This document shows, piece after piece, positions 18,265 to 27,456 of a stretch of 49,864 nt of DNA (positions within the stretch are counted from its first letter, which is position 1; each line of letters begins with the position of its first letter). This stretch comes from Solirubrobacterales bacterium (lineage in GTDB: Bacteria; Actinomycetota; Thermoleophilia; Solirubrobacterales; 70-9). The stretch is from NCBI GenBank assembly GCA_035549645.1, contig DASZQM010000209.1:1-49864 (forward strand), given 5' to 3'. Position numbers and translations under genes: made by a program. The notes under the pieces are model-generated. The model saw only the letters and a list, made by a program, of their open reading frames with translations, had not been told where the DNA came from and did not search any database.

Positions 18265-20970
18265 GTGGCGATGCGTCGGCTCGGCCTGGGGATCGTTGCG
18301 GTGGGGATTGCGCTGCTGCCGGCTGTCCCGAGCGCTTCGGCAGCGCCGGCGGCCGGCTTCTCTGCGGACCGGGTGATCGTCGAGTGGAGCGCGGGCGCGA
18401 GCACGCGTGAGCGCCGCGAGGCTCGTGAGGCGGCCGGAGTCGAGTACGCCGCCGACCTCGGCAATCGCAGGTTCCAGCTGGTCGAAACCGAACCAGGGCA
18501 GACGCCGCACGAGGCGATCGGCGACCTGGAAGCCGGCACGGCGGTGGTCCACGCCGAACGCGACGGCTACTACGAGCTGAACTCGGTTCCCGACGACCCC
18601 CTCTTCGGTCAGCTCTGGGGGTTTCAGAACACCGGGCTTGGCATCGATGACTTCGAAGGCGCGGTGGCGGGTGACGACATCGACGTGCTCGGCGCCTGGG
18701 AACGGACCGTGGGCACGCCGAGCACCGTCGTCGCCGACATCGACGGCGGTTACCGGTTCGAGCATCCCGACTTGGCCAACGTCGCTTGGACAAACCCTGA
18801 AGAGATCCCAAAAAACGGCCTAGATGACGACGAGGACGGGATCGTCGATGACGTCAACGGCGCCGATTTCGTCGGGCCCGATGCGGACGCCCCCGCCGTC
18901 GACGGCGACCCGACCGACGACGATCCGTACACCAAAGGTCACGGGCTTCACACCGCGGGGATCATCGGTGCCCAGGGGAACAACGGCATCGGCGTCACAG
19001 GTGTGGCGCAGAACGTCAGGATCATGCCGCTACGGGCCTGCTCTGAGGCCGGGCGCTGCCCGTTCTCGGCCATCGTCGCGGCGGTCAACTACGCCGGCGC
19101 CCACGGGGCACGGGTGGCGAACATGTCGCTGGGAGGTGAAGAGCGCCAGGAAGTGCTCGCCGACGCGATCGCCGCCAACCCGCAGACCCTCTTCGTGATC
19201 TCGGCCGGCAACTCAGCCGTGAGCAACGAAGTCACCCCCGAGTACCCCTGCGTCTTCGACCCCCTCGCCGAAGCGAAGGGCCCGGTCGACAACGTGGTCT
19301 GCGTCGCCGCTACCGACCAGGCCGACCGTCTGGCCGAATTCTCCAACTGGGGCGTGAACAGCGTCGACCTGGGCGCGCCGGGCACTGAGATCCTCAGCGC
19401 CGCGCCCTATCGCTACCTGGTCAAGGACGACTTCGAGCTCGACGACTTCACCTCGAAGTGGACCGACAGCGGCGCGGACGGTGGCTTTGCCCGTACGAAC
19501 GAGTCGCCGCTTGCCTCGTTCGGGATCAGCGATTCGCCCGGGGCGACGCCGGTCGCCGGCTCGGAACGGGCCTCGACGTCCGCTCCCGTCACCCTTCCTC
19601 CCGGCTACCAGAGCTGCGGGATCGACATCGTCACCGCCTCCCCTGGGGGCTTCGTCGAAATCCTCATCGACGGGGAAGGCGAAGGCTTCAGCATCGCCAG
19701 GGCCGGCCGCAGTTCCCACAACCTCCTCGACGAATTGAGCAGCGGCGGCGAAGTGTCGGTGCGGATCTCCTACACCGCCGGCCAAAACCCCGGTCCCAAA
19801 AGCGGCGCCTGGATCGAAGAAATCGACCTGCACTGCGTCGCGAAGCTGGGCGAGGCGGACGGGTACCGCTTCGCGGAAGGGACCTCGATGGCGGCTCCGT
19901 TCGTGACCGGCACCGCCGCCCTGCTGTTCTCGCTCAAACCGGCGGCGAGCGTGACCGAAGTGCGAGAAGGGCTGCTTGCGAGCGTCGACGCGGTTTCCTC
20001 GCTGAAAGCGAAGACGACCTCCGGGGGCCGCCTCGACGCCGGCGCCGCGACCGACCTCTTCGACCCGGTCGGGCCGGCTGCTCCCAGCCTCAGTGCCACC
20101 AACCCCGCCTCGCCGTCCAAAGACAACCAGCCGCGGCTGAAGGGCTCGGCGCAAGCTGGGAGCAGCGTCGAGATCTACGCCAATCCCGACTGCTCCGGCT
20201 CGCCGGTCGCCAGCGGCAGCGCTGCTCAACTCGCGGGCGCGGGCATCGCGGTCACGGTGGCCGACGAAAGCGTCACCGAATTCTCCGCGACGGCGACCGA
20301 CCTGGTGCCGTTGACCTCGGTCTGCTCGGCGCCGATCTCCTACGTGGAGGACAGCGACCTGGTGGCGCCGGCGGCGCCGCAGCTGACGGGCACCGATCCC
20401 GCTTCGCCGAACGCGAGCGGCACGCCGCGGATCCTCGGCACCGCCGAGGCGGGGTCGACCGTGACGGTCTACGCCGGCCAGGCTTGCGAAGGCTCGCCGC
20501 TCACCGCTGCAAGCGCAGCCAAACTCGAAGCGCCCGGCATCGCCGTCGAAGTCCCCGAGGGCGTCACCGCCGACTTCTCGGCGACCGCCACCGATGCGAG
20601 CGACAACACCTCCGCCTGCTCGGAACCGATCTCCTACTCACGCCTGAAAGCGACCGAACCCGGCGGTGGCTCGACCGATGGGGGTGGGGGTTCTACCACC
20701 GGGGGTGGGGGTGATAGCGGTGGTGGCGGCGCAACCTCCGCTGCCGAGTGCGTCGTTCCCAAGCTGGTCGGCAAGACGCTGGCGCAGGCGAAGGCCTCAC
20801 TGAAGGTCGCAGCCTGCCAGCTCGGAAAGGTGCGAAAGCCAAGGCCTCGCCGGGGCCACCGCCCGCCGCCGCTCGTCGTCAAGGCGTCGACTCCGGCCCC
20901 CGGCGCGAAGCCCGCCGACGGCAAGGTCGACCTCACGCTCGCGCCGAAGCCGCGCAAAGCGCACCGATAG
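18265..20970 (+). CDS. Secreted subtilisin-like serine protease (peptidase S8) with an inserted domain, two tandem Ig-like repeats, a Gly-rich linker, a PASTA-like module and a basic tail
   Basis: Signal peptide present. Catalytic triad motifs are VADIDGG (Asp), HGLHTAGIIG (His) and GTSMAAPFVTG (Ser). Also has a Ca-binding-like DDDEDGIVDDVNG segment. Confidence 0.9.
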   Translation: MAMRRLGLGIVAVGIALLPAVPSASAAPAAGFSADRVIVEWSAGASTRERREAREAAGVEYAADLGNRRFQLVETEPGQTPHEAIGDLEAGTAVVHAERDGYYELNSVPDDPLFGQLWGFQNTGLGIDDFEGAVAGDDIDVLGAWERTVGTPSTVVADIDGGYRFEHPDLANVAWTNPEEIPKNGLDDDEDGIVDDVNGADFVGPDADAPAVDGDPTDDDPYTKGHGLHTAGIIGAQGNNGIGVTGVAQNVRIMPLRACSEAGRCPFSAIVAAVNYAGAHGARVANMSLGGEERQEVLADAIAANPQTLFVISAGNSAVSNEVTPEYPCVFDPLAEAKGPVDNVVCVAATDQADRLAEFSNWGVNSVDLGAPGTEILSAAPYRYLVKDDFELDDFTSKWTDSGADGGFARTNESPLASFGISDSPGATPVAGSERASTSAPVTLPPGYQSCGIDIVTASPGGFVEILIDGEGEGFSIARAGRSSHNLLDELSSGGEVSVRISYTAGQNPGPKSGAWIEEIDLHCVAKLGEADGYRFAEGTSMAAPFVTGTAALLFSLKPAASVTEVREGLLASVDAVSSLKAKTTSGGRLDAGAATDLFDPVGPAAPSLSATNPASPSKDNQPRLKGSAQAGSSVEIYANPDCSGSPVASGSAAQLAGAGIAVTVADESVTEFSATATDLVPLTSVCSAPISYVEDSDLVAPAAPQLTGTDPASPNASGTPRILGTAEAGSTVTVYAGQACEGSPLTAASAAKLEAPGIAVEVPEGVTADFSATATDASDNTSACSEPISYSRLKATEPGGGSTDGGGGSTTGGGGDSGGGGATSAAECVVPKLVGKTLAQAKASLKVAACQLGKVRKPRPRRGHRPPPLVVKASTPAPGAKPADGKVDLTLAPKPRKAHR
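20071..20640 (+). repeat. Two tandem ~95-aa coding repeats (Ig-like) inside the S8 protease
   Basis: aa ~603-693 (GPAAPSLSATNPASP...CSGSP...FSATATD...CSAPISY) parallels aa ~699-792 (APAAPQLTGTDPASP...CEGSP...FSATATD...CSEPISY). Confidence 0.6.
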
Positions 20971-20979
20971 CGTCCGGCT

Positions 20980-21843
20980 GTGCGCATCGCCACCTGGAAC
21001 GTCAACTCGGTCAAGCAGCGGCTGCCGCGCCTGCTGCCCTGGCTGGACGAACGGAGCCCGGATGTCGTCTGCCTGCAGGAGACGAAGCTGACCGACGACG
21101 CCTTCGAGCAGCTGCTGCGGGAGGAGCTGAGCGGCCGCGGCTACGAGATCGCCGTGCACGGCGAGGCGAGCTGGAACGGCGTGGCGATCCTTTCGCGCGT
21201 GGGCCTGGAGGAGGTCGAGCCGGGACTGGCGGGCGCGCCGGGCTTCCCGCATCCGGAGGCCCGCGCGGTGGCCGCGACCTGCGGCGGCGTCCGGGTCTTC
21301 TCGGTCTACGTGCCGAACGGGCGCGAGCCGGGTTCCGACCACTACGAGTACAAGCTCGCCTGGCTGGCGGCACTGCGCGACGCGGTGGCGGCGGATCCTG
21401 AGGCGACGGTCGTCTGCGGGGACGTCAACATCGCCCCGGCCGACGAGGACGTGTTCGACCCGGAGGCCTACGTCGGCCAGACGCATGTGACGGCGCCCGA
21501 GCGCGCGGCGCTGGCGGAGCTGCAGGCACTCGGCCTGCGCGACGTCGTCCGCGACCGCTGGCCCGGCGAGCGAGTCTTCACCTACTGGGACTACCGGGCC
21601 GGGATGTTCCACCGCGACCTCGGAATGCGGATCGACCTGGTCCTGGCCGGCGCCCCGGTCGCCGAGCGGGTGCGCGCCGCCTGGGTCGACCGTCAGGCGC
21701 GCAAGGGCAAGGGCCCGAGCGACCACGCCCCGGTCATCGTCGACCTCGACGAGGCTCCCGACGGCGACATCGGCCCGGTCGTGCCGCCGCCCTCTGCGCC
21801 GGTCACCACGCGCGGCGCGGTCAAGCTGCCGCAGTCGGATTAG
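20980..21843 (+). CDS. xthA: Exodeoxyribonuclease III
   Basis: Motifs MRIATWNVNS, CLQETK, ...PSDHAPV are typical of the Xth/APE1 EEP family. Confidence 0.9.
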   Translation: MRIATWNVNSVKQRLPRLLPWLDERSPDVVCLQETKLTDDAFEQLLREELSGRGYEIAVHGEASWNGVAILSRVGLEEVEPGLAGAPGFPHPEARAVAATCGGVRVFSVYVPNGREPGSDHYEYKLAWLAALRDAVAADPEATVVCGDVNIAPADEDVFDPEAYVGQTHVTAPERAALAELQALGLRDVVRDRWPGERVFTYWDYRAGMFHRDLGMRIDLVLAGAPVAERVRAAWVDRQARKGKGPSDHAPVIVDLDEAPDGDIGPVVPPPSAPVTTRGAVKLPQSD

Positions 21844-21871
21844 CCAGGGAGGGCGCGCTCGAAGCCGGGGC

Positions 21872-23245
21872 TCAGTAGCCCGGGCTCGCCTTCATCTTGT
21901 GGCGCTCGCTCGGGTGGGCGCCGCCCTTGGCGTCGAGCGTTTCGCAGGCGGTCTCCAGGTCGCCCGCCAGGCGGTCGACGTGCTCGCGGCTGAGCGTCTG
22001 CTTGACCAGCGCCCGCAGCACTTTCACCTCTTCGGCGTTGGGCGGCATCGTGTAGGCGGGGAGCATCCAGCCGCGCTCGGCCGAGAGCTGCCAGGAGACG
22101 TCGAACTCGTCGTAGCTCTTGCCTTCGGCCAGCTTGAAGGCGACCAGCGGCAGCTGCTCTTTGTCGGCGCCGATCAGCTCGAAGTTGCCGCTCTCCTCGA
22201 GTTTCTCCGCCAGCGCCTTGGCGTTCAGCTCCATCGCCTTCATCACGTAGGCATAGCCCTTGCGGCCGAGGCGGACGAAGTTGTAGTACTGCGCCAACAC
22301 CATCGAGGCGCCGGTCGAGAAGTTGAGGGTGAAGGTGGCGTCGGTTTTGCCCAGGTAGTTCTCGTAGAAGACGAGGTCCTCGGCGAGGTCGGCTTTCTCG
22401 CGGAAGACGAGCCAGCCGATACCGGGGTAGACGAGGCCGAACTTGTGGCCGGAGACGTTGATCGAGCGCACCTGCTCGAGCCGAAAGTCCCACTCGGAGT
22501 CGGGGTAGAGGAAGGGCCAGACGAAGCCGCCCGAGGCGCCGTCGATGTGCAGCGGCACGTCGAGGCCCTTCTCGCCCTTCAGGTCGACCAGCAGCTCGTT
22601 GATGCCGACGATGTCGTCGGCGTGACCGGTGAAGGTGGTGCCGAGCACGGCGGCGACCCCGATCGTGTTCTCATCGACGTGAGGCTCGACGTCCTCGGGG
22701 CCGATCGTGTACTTGCCTTCCTGCAGCGGCACGATCCGCGGTTCGACGTCGAAATAGCGGCAGAACTTCTCCCAAACCACGTGCACGTCACCGCCAAAGA
22801 CCAGGTTCGGCTTGTCCGTCGCCTTCGATTCCTTCTCCCGCCGTTCCTTCCACTTCCACTTCAGCGAGAGCGCCCCCAGCATGATCGCCTCCGAGGACCC
22901 CTGAGTCCGGCACCCCGTCGTCTCCCCAGGAGCATTGAAGAGATCGGCCAGCATGCGGATGCACCGCTGCTCGATCTCCGCCGAGATCGGATACTCCGCA
23001 TGGTCGATGAAGTTCCGGTACAGGTTCTCGGCAATCAGCCGCTGCGCCTCCGGCTCCATCCAAGTGGTGACGAAGGTGGCGAGGTTCCGCCAAGGATCCC
23101 CCTCTAGAACCATTTCCTCGTCGACCAGCCGCATCGCGTCGAGAGCCGACATCCCGTCTTCGGGGAAAGGACCATCCGGTGCGTCTTCGATCAGGAAGCG
23201 ACTGCCGTAGAGCGCTGCCTCTTCGCCGGGCGTCGGGTTGCTCAC
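21872..23245 (-). CDS. gadB: Glutamate decarboxylase (PLP-dependent)
   Basis: INVSGHKFGLVYPGIGWLVFR contains the PLP-lysine motif. The overall length and N-terminal pattern are typical of GAD. Confidence 0.85.
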   Translation of the reverse strand: MSNPTPGEEAALYGSRFLIEDAPDGPFPEDGMSALDAMRLVDEEMVLEGDPWRNLATFVTTWMEPEAQRLIAENLYRNFIDHAEYPISAEIEQRCIRMLADLFNAPGETTGCRTQGSSEAIMLGALSLKWKWKERREKESKATDKPNLVFGGDVHVVWEKFCRYFDVEPRIVPLQEGKYTIGPEDVEPHVDENTIGVAAVLGTTFTGHADDIVGINELLVDLKGEKGLDVPLHIDGASGGFVWPFLYPDSEWDFRLEQVRSINVSGHKFGLVYPGIGWLVFREKADLAEDLVFYENYLGKTDATFTLNFSTGASMVLAQYYNFVRLGRKGYAYVMKAMELNAKALAEKLEESGNFELIGADKEQLPLVAFKLAEGKSYDEFDVSWQLSAERGWMLPAYTMPPNAEEVKVLRALVKQTLSREHVDRLAGDLETACETLDAKGGAHPSERHKMKASPGY

Positions 23246-23344
23246 GCCGCCAGCCTAAACGACCGAGGCATAGGGGGCGACGTTTGCGCGACGAGCCCTT
23301 GGTTCAGCCGTCGATCAGGCGAGACGCCGACCTCTTTGCCAGGC

Positions 23345-24493
23345 TCATCCGCCGCGCAGCAGTTCGGTCCGTACCTGCCTGCGCTCGCGGCTGGCCTCGG
23401 CCGCTGTCTTGCTCGCACGGCGCTGGAGGTGAAGGACACCCAGGAGTGCGGCGAAGCTGAGCAGGATGAGCAGCGCGACCATCACCCAGAACCCCCAGTG
23501 CTTGCCCTGGCCGGGAACCCAGGTATTGGCTCCGTAGAAGCCGACCACCAGGGTCGGGACGAGGAAGACGGCAGCCGCGATCTCGATTCTCCGCTGCATT
23601 CGCTCGCTGTGTTCTCGCTGTTCCTCGCTTTGTTCGAGATGCAGCAGCCCGAAGGACTGGCGCAGCCGCTCACTCAGCTTGGCCAGGCCGGCGAGGGCTT
23701 TGTCGACGCGGTCGTCGACTTCGATCACCGCGGCATGGTCGCCTGCCGGTAGCCAGGCCTTCCCGAGGTCAGCCCGTAGGCCGGGGCGATTGAGCGGGTT
23801 GAGCCAGTCACGCATAACCGCCATCAGTCCCCAGAGCTCCGGCAGCTCGTCTCGGTTGTCCAGATCGTCATTGACGTAGAGGCTGAGCTCCCAGTCCTCC
23901 AGCCAGCTGAAGAGCGCTCTGTGTGCGGGCGCGTAGCTCAGCGCGAGCTCGTTCATGACGGCGACGCCGAGGTCACCAGGCCCGCCGCCGCGACGACGCG
24001 ACCAGCGTTCAGCCACCCCGTCGAATACCGCCTCGGCCGAATCGGGCTGATCTTCGTCGATCTTGATCGCGCCCTGGAACGTCCTGCCTGGGTGCCAGCA
24101 GCTGATCAGCCATCGCTCGCCGGCGAGCAGCTCGACCGGCTGAAATCGGAGGGCGCCGACTCCCTGCGCCGTGCCGCGCTCGCGCTGCTGATCGCGGCGG
24201 AGGGCCTCGATGGCGAACGTCGAGGCCAGGCGGATGGTCCCCCCTCCGTAGGAGATTCCGGCCGGCGCGTCGTCCGGCGTCAACAGGTCCTCCAGCATCT
24301 GTTTCGTCAACCCCGGGCAGTTCGTGGCGAGAAGATCAAAGGCCTCCTCGGTGAGGTCGGGGCCGCAGACGAGCTCAAACCAGCGAAACGCACCGTCGCC
24401 GAGCGGATCGTCGGGACTGCAGGCTTCGGGTCGAGCTCCGGCCTGCCAGGCACTCGTTCGCCGCAGCCAGTCGGGTGCGGAAGCCGCGCTCAT
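23345..24493 (-). CDS. CorA-like divalent-cation channel family protein with a variant signature (YGANTW instead of YGMNF)
   Basis: Large soluble N-domain plus two C-terminal TM helices flanking VGFYGANTW. The start overlaps the hxsC stop (ATGA). Confidence 0.65.
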   Translation of the reverse strand: MSAASAPDWLRRTSAWQAGARPEACSPDDPLGDGAFRWFELVCGPDLTEEAFDLLATNCPGLTKQMLEDLLTPDDAPAGISYGGGTIRLASTFAIEALRRDQQRERGTAQGVGALRFQPVELLAGERWLISCWHPGRTFQGAIKIDEDQPDSAEAVFDGVAERWSRRRGGGPGDLGVAVMNELALSYAPAHRALFSWLEDWELSLYVNDDLDNRDELPELWGLMAVMRDWLNPLNRPGLRADLGKAWLPAGDHAAVIEVDDRVDKALAGLAKLSERLRQSFGLLHLEQSEEQREHSERMQRRIEIAAAVFLVPTLVVGFYGANTWVPGQGKHWGFWVMVALLILLSFAALLGVLHLQRRASKTAAEASRERRQVRTELLRGG

Positions 24494-25680
24494 CCGAGGT
24501 TCAGCAGCGCCGGCTCACGTCCGGCGGCTTCGGTGGGGATTGCCTTGATCTTCTCGCTGACCTTGTATTTGGCCGAGAAGAAAAAGCCGCCGCACTCGTC
24601 CTTGACGCTGCATTCGATGCACTCCGGGTGGTACTCGTTCTTCCAGTCCGAGATCGACCTCACGGCGTAGGGCCACATGGCGCGCGGGAGCAGGCAGAGC
24701 TGGTGGTTGTAGATCATCGTGTGGATGCGGCTGCGATCAAGCAGCGTCACTGCCTCGGTGAGCTCGTCTGCGTAGTCGGTCGGGTCGATCCAGAGCTGAG
24801 GGATGTTGGCGCGAGCGAGCCCGATCATCTCCAGGCCCATCAATGCCACCTGATCGACGAAGGGCAGGTTACGAGCGATGAACTCGGCGATTTCAGGCAG
24901 CGCCGGAGCGGTCTGCTTGTGGAGCACGACGCGGATCTCGGTTCGCTGCCCCAACTGAGCGAGGTTGAGAATTCCGGGGATCGTCTGGTTGAAGGCGCCC
25001 TCGGCCTGGACGACATAGTCATGGCGGGCCGGCTCCGCTCCGTAGATCGGGATGCCGACCATCATGTTCGGGTTGTCGATCGAGGCCCAGGCGGCCGCGA
25101 ACTCGGGGTCTGCGAAGCGGGTGCCGTTGGAGAGGACGTGGACCTCTGCCTCCGGGTGCAGGTTGCGGCAGAGTCGCAGGAGGTCGATTACTCCCTGCCC
25201 GTAGAGGGTCGGCTCGCCGCCGGTAAAGCCGATCTCGGCGGTATCGCGCGGCAGCAGCCGCATCAGCTCGAAGGCCTCGGCCAGCAGGCGGTCGTCGTTG
25301 GCGGTCTTCGGCGGCTGCGAGCACATCAGGCAGTAGTGGTTGCAGCGCTCGGTCAAGAGGACGCTGTTCTGGCGGCTCTGGTTGCGCCAGAGCACCCGGA
25401 TTCGTTCACCGTCGTCGCTGACCGAGATGACGTCGTCACCGCTGAGATAGTCGAGCTCGGGTGGTAGGCGCAGGACAAACGCGCTGTCCAGACGGTTGGG
25501 CCCTTCGCTCCTCGTCAGGTAGAGATCAAACCCCTCCGGCGCCTGGTCCTCATCGCCGACGAGGAACGCGCGCGAGCCTCGCTGCGAGTTCAGCGTGTCG
25601 GCGTCGACGAGTCGCCAGACCGAGCGGGGCAGGGGCGCCTCGAAGGGAGCGCTCAACGCTTTGCCGCGCAGGGCGATCAA
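24490..25680 (-). CDS. hxsC: His-Xaa-Ser system radical SAM maturase HxsC
   Basis: CNHYCLMC (Cx3Cx2C) radical SAM cluster motif and a C-terminal Cys cluster (CIECSVKDEC). The position after hxsB is typical of Hxs loci. Confidence 0.8.
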   Translation of the reverse strand: MIALRGKALSAPFEAPLPRSVWRLVDADTLNSQRGSRAFLVGDEDQAPEGFDLYLTRSEGPNRLDSAFVLRLPPELDYLSGDDVISVSDDGERIRVLWRNQSRQNSVLLTERCNHYCLMCSQPPKTANDDRLLAEAFELMRLLPRDTAEIGFTGGEPTLYGQGVIDLLRLCRNLHPEAEVHVLSNGTRFADPEFAAAWASIDNPNMMVGIPIYGAEPARHDYVVQAEGAFNQTIPGILNLAQLGQRTEIRVVLHKQTAPALPEIAEFIARNLPFVDQVALMGLEMIGLARANIPQLWIDPTDYADELTEAVTLLDRSRIHTMIYNHQLCLLPRAMWPYAVRSISDWKNEYHPECIECSVKDECGGFFFSAKYKVSEKIKAIPTEAAGREPALLNLG

Positions 25681-27131
25681 TGTCCCGCCCAGGTCTGGAA
25701 CAAGGCCCGCGTAGTCGCGTCGCCTTCGTATCTCTCCAGCAGCAGCTTGAAGATCGCCATGTTGCGGCGGCAGAAGCCGGAGGTTGGCTTGCGGCCGAGG
25801 AAGTCACCGCTTGTGGCGTGGTGGTAGGTCGGGTCTGAGCCGCAGTAGGTCTCGAAGGCGCAGTCCTGGCACATCGGTGCGCTGGGGGCAAACGACTCCT
25901 CCAGGGGCGCCAATAGTGCCTCCGAGAGCATGATCTCCTCGTAGGAGTCGTCATGGAGGTTGCCGAGGCGGAAAGTCTTGTCGCCCATCTCCGCCAGCAT
26001 TCGCCCCTCGTCGGAGGCGTAGACGTCACCGTCGTAGTTGTAGACGATCGCCCCGATCCCGATGCCGGCCGGCGAGGTCAGGTCGACGTAGCCCGGGTCG
26101 TCGTTCGTGAGCATCTTCTTCAGGATCAGCGCTGCGTACTGCTCCACCATCGGAACGCCCCGCGCATTCAGTTCGATGATGTAGTCGAGCCCCTCCTCGT
26201 AGAAGGGAAGCCAGTGATCGACGTCGTACGCGTTGAAGCTCTTGGTTTTGATCGCGAAGCCGTAGGGAGAGAGCGTTCGCAGAAAGATGCTGGTCAGTCC
26301 CTGCTCGACATAGGCGTCGACGATCTCGCGGACCCGGCCGAGGCTCGAGCGCGTTGTCGTCATCAGAGCCGAGACGCGGTCGACGCCGAGCTCCTCACGC
26401 ACCCGTTGGATCCCCGCCGTCGCTAGCTCCCAGCTATTGCGCCCGGGCCGCGGGCGGTTCTTGTTGTGAAGGTCGGCGGGCCCGTCGAGCGAGGTGGAGA
26501 TGTAGACGTTGTGGGCGCGACAGAAGTCGAGCACCCTGTCGTCAAGGAGCGCCAGGTTGGTGGCGATCACGAAGCCGAGGTTCTTGTGCTCGGTTTCGTT
26601 ACGGGTCTCAGCGGCCTCTACGACTTCTTCGATCAACCCGAAGTTGAGCAGCGGCTCACCGCCCTGGAACTCGATCTTGATGTTCTGGGAGGGGGAGCGA
26701 AACGCCGAGTCCAGGGCTAGGGCCGCTGTCTCCGACCTCATGTCGAAGGCCTCGCGGTCTGAGCTCTGGCGCGATACCTGGCAATAGGGACAGGAATGCT
26801 CGCAGCGCAGCGAAGCGACGAGGATGTGCAGTGAGGTGAATTCCGCCAGCCGGCGATAGCGAGTGCGGGCCTTGATCGCGAGCAGTTCTACCGGTAGCTC
26901 GTCATCTTTCTCGCGGATCACGTGCTTGGCGCGAAGCCGCCGCACCAGCGGGGAATCGGTAGGCAGGTCGCTCGAGCCCAGTTGCTCGAACTCCTCGGCG
27001 CTCAGGAAGAGGTGCTCGCCGACGAGATTTGTCAGCAGGACCCTGCCGCGGATCCGCTCGAAGCGGAAGGGCAGCAGCTGCCAGTCGGCGCTCGCGGCTT
27101 GAAAGGCAGCCGGCTCACGAAACTTAGACAT
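25677..27131 (-). CDS. hxsB: His-Xaa-Ser system radical SAM maturase HxsB (radical SAM/SPASM)
   Basis: CEHSCPYC (Cx3Cx2C) motif and a C-terminal SPASM-like CQDCAFETYCGSD. Overlaps hxsD by 8 nt and hxsC by 4 nt. Confidence 0.85.
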   Translation of the reverse strand: MSKFREPAAFQAASADWQLLPFRFERIRGRVLLTNLVGEHLFLSAEEFEQLGSSDLPTDSPLVRRLRAKHVIREKDDELPVELLAIKARTRYRRLAEFTSLHILVASLRCEHSCPYCQVSRQSSDREAFDMRSETAALALDSAFRSPSQNIKIEFQGGEPLLNFGLIEEVVEAAETRNETEHKNLGFVIATNLALLDDRVLDFCRAHNVYISTSLDGPADLHNKNRPRPGRNSWELATAGIQRVREELGVDRVSALMTTTRSSLGRVREIVDAYVEQGLTSIFLRTLSPYGFAIKTKSFNAYDVDHWLPFYEEGLDYIIELNARGVPMVEQYAALILKKMLTNDDPGYVDLTSPAGIGIGAIVYNYDGDVYASDEGRMLAEMGDKTFRLGNLHDDSYEEIMLSEALLAPLEESFAPSAPMCQDCAFETYCGSDPTYHHATSGDFLGRKPTSGFCRRNMAIFKLLLERYEGDATTRALFQTWAGH

Positions 27132-27423
27132 CTGTCTCGATCAGGCCGGTCTTCGAGAAGGCGAGGGCGAGCACCAGGTTTCGGACGTCACTGGTTTCGG
27201 CTCGGATCCGCTCGCGCAGTACCTGGTCGAGCGCCTCGTTGCGGAAGTCATCGAGGACCGCCTCTGGCCTTTCAGTGCCGTCGGCGACGCGCACGTTCAC
27301 CTCGATCGCTTTCGCCCCCTCGGAGATGTCGCACGAGAGTCGGTCGGAGAACCGATACGCGGCGCGTTGGACCGCATCGAGGGAATACCCGGCGCGATCG
27401 AAGGAGAGTTTGGCCTCACTCAT
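27124..27423 (-). CDS. hxsD: His-Xaa-Ser system protein HxsD
   Basis: Small 99-aa acidic protein between hxsA and hxsB. Its size and position match the HxsD family model as I recall it. Confidence 0.7.
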   Translation of the reverse strand: MSEAKLSFDRAGYSLDAVQRAAYRFSDRLSCDISEGAKAIEVNVRVADGTERPEAVLDDFRNEALDQVLRERIRAETSDVRNLVLALAFSKTGLIETDV

Positions 27424-27456
27424 CTGCTGCGGGCGCCAAGCTGGGAATACCTGGCG

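Noticed and set aside
21843-21872. Possible bidirectional terminator hairpin between the convergent xthA and glutamate decarboxylase genes.
   Set aside because: The candidate stem (GCCGGGGCT/AGCCCGGGC) has a mismatch and lies partly inside the decarboxylase coding end. That is not convincing without folding energy calculations.
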